The position numbers and the translations under genes are program-made. Below are positions 59,381-64,000 of a stretch of DNA of 64,000 bases, piece after piece; positions within the stretch are counted from its first letter, which is position 1; every line of letters starts with the position of its first letter. Source of the DNA: Mobula hypostoma (Eukaryota); contig NC_086118.1 in assembly GCF_963921235.1 (NCBI RefSeq), forward strand, positions 19,594,001-19,658,000, in the 5' to 3' direction. The notes beneath the pieces are model-generated. The model ran no database searches. It had not been told where the DNA came from and saw only the letters and a list, made by a program, of their open reading frames with translations.

Positions 59381-60640
59381 AAGTTGGAGAATTCTATGTT
59401 CATACCAAGGGGCTGGAGACTACTTAGACAGTATATGAGGTGTTGCTCCTCCAACCTGTTTAGCCTCATCATGGCAGTAGAGGAGGCCATGTATGGACAT
59501 ATCTGAATGGGAGTGGGAAGCAGAGTTGAAGTGGGTGGGTGTATTCTTTCTTCACCTTTCCTGCCTATCTCCTCCCTTCCTCCCTTCCCCCACCCCTTTA
59601 TCTTTCCCCTTACTGGTTTTTCACCTGGAACCTACCAGCCTTCTCCTTCCCACCCTCCCCCCTCCTTCTTTATAGGGCCTCTGCCCCTTCCCTCTACAGT
59701 CCTGATGAAGGGTTCCGGCCCAAAACGTCAACCGATCTTTTCCACGGATGCTGCCGGACCTGCTGAGTTCCTCCAGCGTGTTGTGAGTGTTGCTTTGACC
59801 CCAGCAACTTCAGATTATTTTGTGTTTATAATTGCGAGGTATTCCAGGTCTGGTGAATGATATTGGGATGTCACCAATACATTTCTACACAACAAGGAGT
59901 TGATCATGAGGCATATATCTCCACCTCTGATTTTGAGAGATTCACCAACTTATCTTGATGATGTATTGTGAACCCACCAATTCGAATCGTTGCATTCAGC
60001 ACAGAAGGGGTGAACCAAGATTCCGTAAAACAAAGGACGCACATGTACCTAACGTACCTCTGATACAGTACCCTAGCTCAGAGATTATTAATTTTATTTA
60101 CCAGAGACTGTATGTTTGCCAGCGAGGTAGTTGGTATTGGGATTTAAAAACTTACTTTTTAAACGCACCATCAGACCAGCACATCAAACCCTTTCTCACC
60201 GGCGGCTTCTTAAAGGGGCAGTGTGCTGGCCACAGTTCAATCTGTTTCAATCAGTTTTATAAACTAATAGATCATTCAATCACATTAAAACTTCAACCTG
60301 ACTGTACACATCATAGATGCAGTTATGGCTCTCAGCTGTAGAAGACTAAAATAAGAATATTTGATGTCTTCCATCAGTTTCAATGAGAGCTGCCATTCAG
60401 GTCATCCATGGTGTTGGCGTCCTAGAAGTGAACATATTTGGTTGTGTAAATTCACGTGCTTTTTCGTTGAGACAATAGAGGTACTTGTCAGTAAATACAG
60501 ACTCTCTCTGTGCCCAACTGATCATTATTACTAAGAGGTGATCCTTGTAACAAAATGTTACCTTGATGTTAAAGGCAGTCACTCTTCTTTCCTCCCTGCA
60601 GAAGTTCAAGCCTTCATGTCTATGGATCTGTGCTTCTGTG

Positions 60641-60643
<3 letters not shown>

Positions 60644-60690
<47 letters not shown>

Positions 60691-60704
60691 GTGTGTGTGT
60701 GTGT
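60644..60704. repeat. Compound microsatellite (TG)n(TA)n(TG)n
   Basis: Directly visible. Confidence 0.95.
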
Positions 60705-60719
60705 AACTATGGTAACAAA

Positions 60720-61722
60720 AGCTCTAGAACCTGGGCCTCTATACCTCCTTCTGCAAATGGACACTCAACTTCTTAATCTGAAGACCACAATCTGTACAGT
60801 TTGGAAATGTCATCTCTCTACTTCACTGACAACCAACACACACCGCAGGGATGTGTGCTTAGCCCACTGCTCTACACACATGACTATGTAGCTAGGCATA
60901 GCTCAAATACCATCTATAAATTTGCTGATGATACAACCATTGTTGGCAGAATTTCAGGTAGTGAGGGGGGATAGTGATGATATCAGCTAGTTGACTGGTG
61001 TCCCAACAACACCCTTGCACTGAACATCAGTAAAATCAAAGAACTGATTGTGGACTTCAGAAAGGGTAAGATGAGGGAACACACACCAGTCCTCATAGAG
61101 GGATCAGAAGTGGAGAGAGTGAGCAATTTCACAGTCCTGGGTGTCAATATTTCTGAGGATCTAACCTGGTCCCAACATACTAATGCAGCTACAAAGGCAT
61201 GAGAATGGCTATATTTCATCAGGAGTTGAGAAGATTTGGTAAGCCACCAAAGACTCACAAATTTCTACAGATGTACTGTGGAGAGCATTCTGACTTGCTG
61301 CATCACCATCTGGGTGGGGGGGGGGGGTGGGTGGTGTTGGGAGCTACCGTACAGAATCAAACAAGCTGCTGAGAGATGTAATCTCTTATCATGGGCATTA
61401 GTCTCCACTGTATCCAGAACAACTTCAAGGAGCAATGCCTCAAAAAGTTGGCATCCATCATTAAGAACCCCCATCACCCAGGTCATACCTTGGTCTCATT
61501 CTCCATCAGGAAGAAGATACAGAGGACTGAAGGGACAGACCCAATGATTCAGGAACAGCTTCTTCCCCTCTGCCATTGATTTCTGAATGGACATGTATAT
61601 ATGTATATATACTGTAATTCACAGTTTTTTCCCTCTATTATTATATATTGCAAGGTACAGCTGCCATAAAGGCAACAAATTTACAATATATGCCGGTGAT
61701 ATTAAAGCTGATTCTGATTCTG
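60720..61722 (+). mobile_element. Degenerate Rex1/Babar 3' fragment
   Basis: IYKFADDTTIVG, NTLALNISKIKELIVDFRK, NFYRCTVESILTCCITIW. CTGATTCTGATTCTG tail. Confidence 0.9.
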
Positions 61723-61769
61723 GAGGATAATAGGTCGAATGGGGAAACGCACCTCCAACTTTGAGTACG

Positions 61770-63372
61770 GGAGAGAGATAGATTGGCTGGTTGAGTGATA
61801 ACACAACAACAAACTTGATCTCATCATCAGCAAGACAAAGGAACTGATGGTGCCCTTCAGGAGGGGGAAATTGAGAGAGATCTATCAGCCCATTGAGGGA
61901 CTGGTGGTTGCAGGGTAAGCATGTTCATGTTCCTGGGCATCTTCTCAGAGGACTTATCCTGGCGCAACACATCGATACAATCATAAAGAGGGCTCTCCAG
62001 TGGATTTCTGTTAACTAGTCCACTGGTTATTTAGGGCAGCTGCTTATTTGGGCTAACTTTTAAAGAACATAAACCAATCAAGAAAATAGCTGAATATCTT
62101 TTATTTATTTGGGACACTATGCCGCTTAATTGGGGCAGGAGACGGTTTATAGCTAGCATCCGTTGCCTGCACTTGCATAGTCATTAGACACTACATCGTG
62201 CTTAGAGTGTTTTTTTTAAAATAGCATCAGTTGCATGTATTTGTGTTTAAAAAGCAGTAATTTTTATCATTTATAGTGGGTGAGAAGTAAGTAGTAAGAC
62301 AATTCTGAACCGGTTTGCTCACTTTGTTTTCAAACATTCAGGCTTGAAGGATCTAGAAATGGCCAAGAGTGAAAATGAAATGATCTCAGTACTTCAGCAA
62401 GTTAGGAACTCTGAAGAATTTGAAGGTATCAACAATCATCTAGAATGTTACAATGAAAATGAAGATTTGGAGGATGCAGTCATCGATTAGCACTGTGTGA
62501 AGGCAGTCCATTATCCATACTAGGTGTCTACGCTGATTTTGTTCATTTACAGTCAATCAAAAGAAAAGGACAGCATACATTGGATTAATTCCTCCACTGA
62601 TAACTATTAGGAACTAATACAGTTTTATGATACTGTTGTAATAATGATAGTGATCTAATTTGTTCTGTACTTCTTTTAAGTATATTATTTGTTACTCAGT
62701 TAAATGGTAGTTTGTCTTTTTTATACCTTTTTAACTATTTCCCTGAAACTTTGGTTAATTGGAGCAGCTGCTTAATTATGCTAAACTGTACTGGTCCTGA
62801 AGGGGGTCACAATTATCTGGAACCCATTGTACTTCATTAGGAGATTGAGGAGATTGGGTATGTCACCAAAGACTTTACCAAATTTCTATGTACCATGGAG
62901 AGCATTCTAATCGACTGCCTCACTGTCTGGTATGGCAGCTCCAATGTGCAGGATCAGAAAAGGCCACAGGCTCAGCCAGCTCCTTCTCAGATACCACACT
63001 CCCCACCACTGAGAATACCTACAAAAGGCAGTGCCGCAAGAAAACTGCATCCATCATTAAGGACCCTCAGCTTCTAGGTCATGCCCTTTTCTCATTCATA
63101 CCATCAAAGAGAAAGTACAGGAGCCTGAGCACCCACACTCAATTTTTTGCTCACTACATGAATTAATTCCATATTAACCTCATCAGATGAACAGCTTCTT
63201 CCCTTCCCCCATCTGATTTCTGAATTGTCCATGAACCCAACCTCACTTTTCCTCTTTTGCAGTTGTTATTTATTTTAACTTGAAGCAGTTTTTATGCTTG
63301 CACTGTATTGTTGCCGCAGAACAATACATTTTGCAGCATATGTCAGGGCTAATAAACCTACTTCTGATTCAT
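61770..63372 (+). mobile_element. Degenerate Rex1/Babar 3' fragment split by a DNA transposon
   Basis: SKTKELMVPFRRG before the insertion; YFIRRLRR, ESILIDCLTVWYG and IIKDP..GHALFS after it. AATAAA..TTCTGATTC tail. Confidence 0.8.
61998..62829 (+). mobile_element. Non-autonomous Tigger/pogo-like DNA transposon
   Basis: CAGTGGATT... / ...AACCCATTG+TA termini, repeated subterminal GCAGCTGCTTA(A/T)TT motifs, and an acidic pogo-like C-terminal remnant. It interrupts the Rex sequence cleanly. Confidence 0.65.
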
Positions 63373-64000
63373 ACTGTGTAATAGCCCTCTGTGGTTTAAA
63401 ATTGTAATGGTTAAATTAGTGCATTAACTATCCAGAGCCCCAGATGGATAATACTGAGATTTCAAATTCAGTCAGATTGCAAAACCCATTTAGTTCACTA
63501 ATACCTCATTCAGAAAGAACATTCTTAGTTCTCACCTAGTCTGGGCTGTTTGTGACTATCTGGCCCAAAGTAAATTTGTGGAAACTACTGTCTGAAAAGA
63601 TTTAGCCACTCCAGGACAACCTTTTCAAGGATAAACTGAGCAATCATCTCACAGTTAATTAGAAAATACATTAAGGGGGCTACTCAACTTCTTTAAAAGA
63701 TACAAACAGTAAATTACCTTTATAAAAATATAGCTGAGCTGGAGACATGCTGAAGAATTTTCAGCAAATATACCATATAGATTTCACAATACAGTTACAA
63801 TCTGCTGGACACACATCGCTCTCAGCCCGCACTACCTTAAGAGCACGCCCAGTTACATTTTAGCAATAACTCCTTGGGACATTGACATTTTCACTCTGAG
63901 TTACTTGCTTCAGCCTTGGGTCTTTGCTCTTTTATGTGGTGTCCATTTGAATTAGTGATTGCTGAATCTGTTTCTAAATTACTGGCAGGAATACAGCTTT

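Larger units (their letters stand above)
56900..59831 (-). mobile_element. Penelope-like element fragment with ~250-bp inverted terminal copies, split by CR1
   Basis: Inverted repeats at 56900-57148 and 59542-59789. The minus strand of 59381-59538 gives THFNSASHSHSDMSIHGLLYCHDEA..RLEEQHLIYCLSSLQPLGMNIEFSN (GIY-YIG C-terminus). TSD TTGCGAGGTAT at 56889-56899 and 59832-59842. Confidence 0.9.

Overview
Eukaryotic, repeat-dominated, intergenic or intronic DNA. The repeat families suggest a cartilaginous fish, probably a ray, but this is inference. No host protein-coding gene can be supported: every long ORF maps to a transposable element or its antisense. Contents: many CR1 and Rex1/Babar LINE fragments (including a 718-aa CR1 ORF2 and an inverted near-identical sister copy), a full-length degenerate L1, two degenerate Gypsy pol regions (one Gmr1-like), several solo LTRs, a tRNA-derived SINE, and hAT-Charlie, Tc1 and Tigger remnants, often nested with readable TSDs. 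Most interesting observations: (i) Penelope-derived termini carrying minimal hammerhead ribozyme cores, including a 206-bp palindromic element with an intact core and its own TSD; (ii) a non-autonomous LTR element with a 1.1-kb LTR and only 162 bp of internal sequence; (iii) two insertions flanked by abnormally long duplications (166 and 118 bp); (iv) a chain of small, canonically bounded minus-strand exon-like segments at 34.6-35.9 kb with no continuous ORF. Coordinates were read by eye; boundaries of degenerate elements are approximate.
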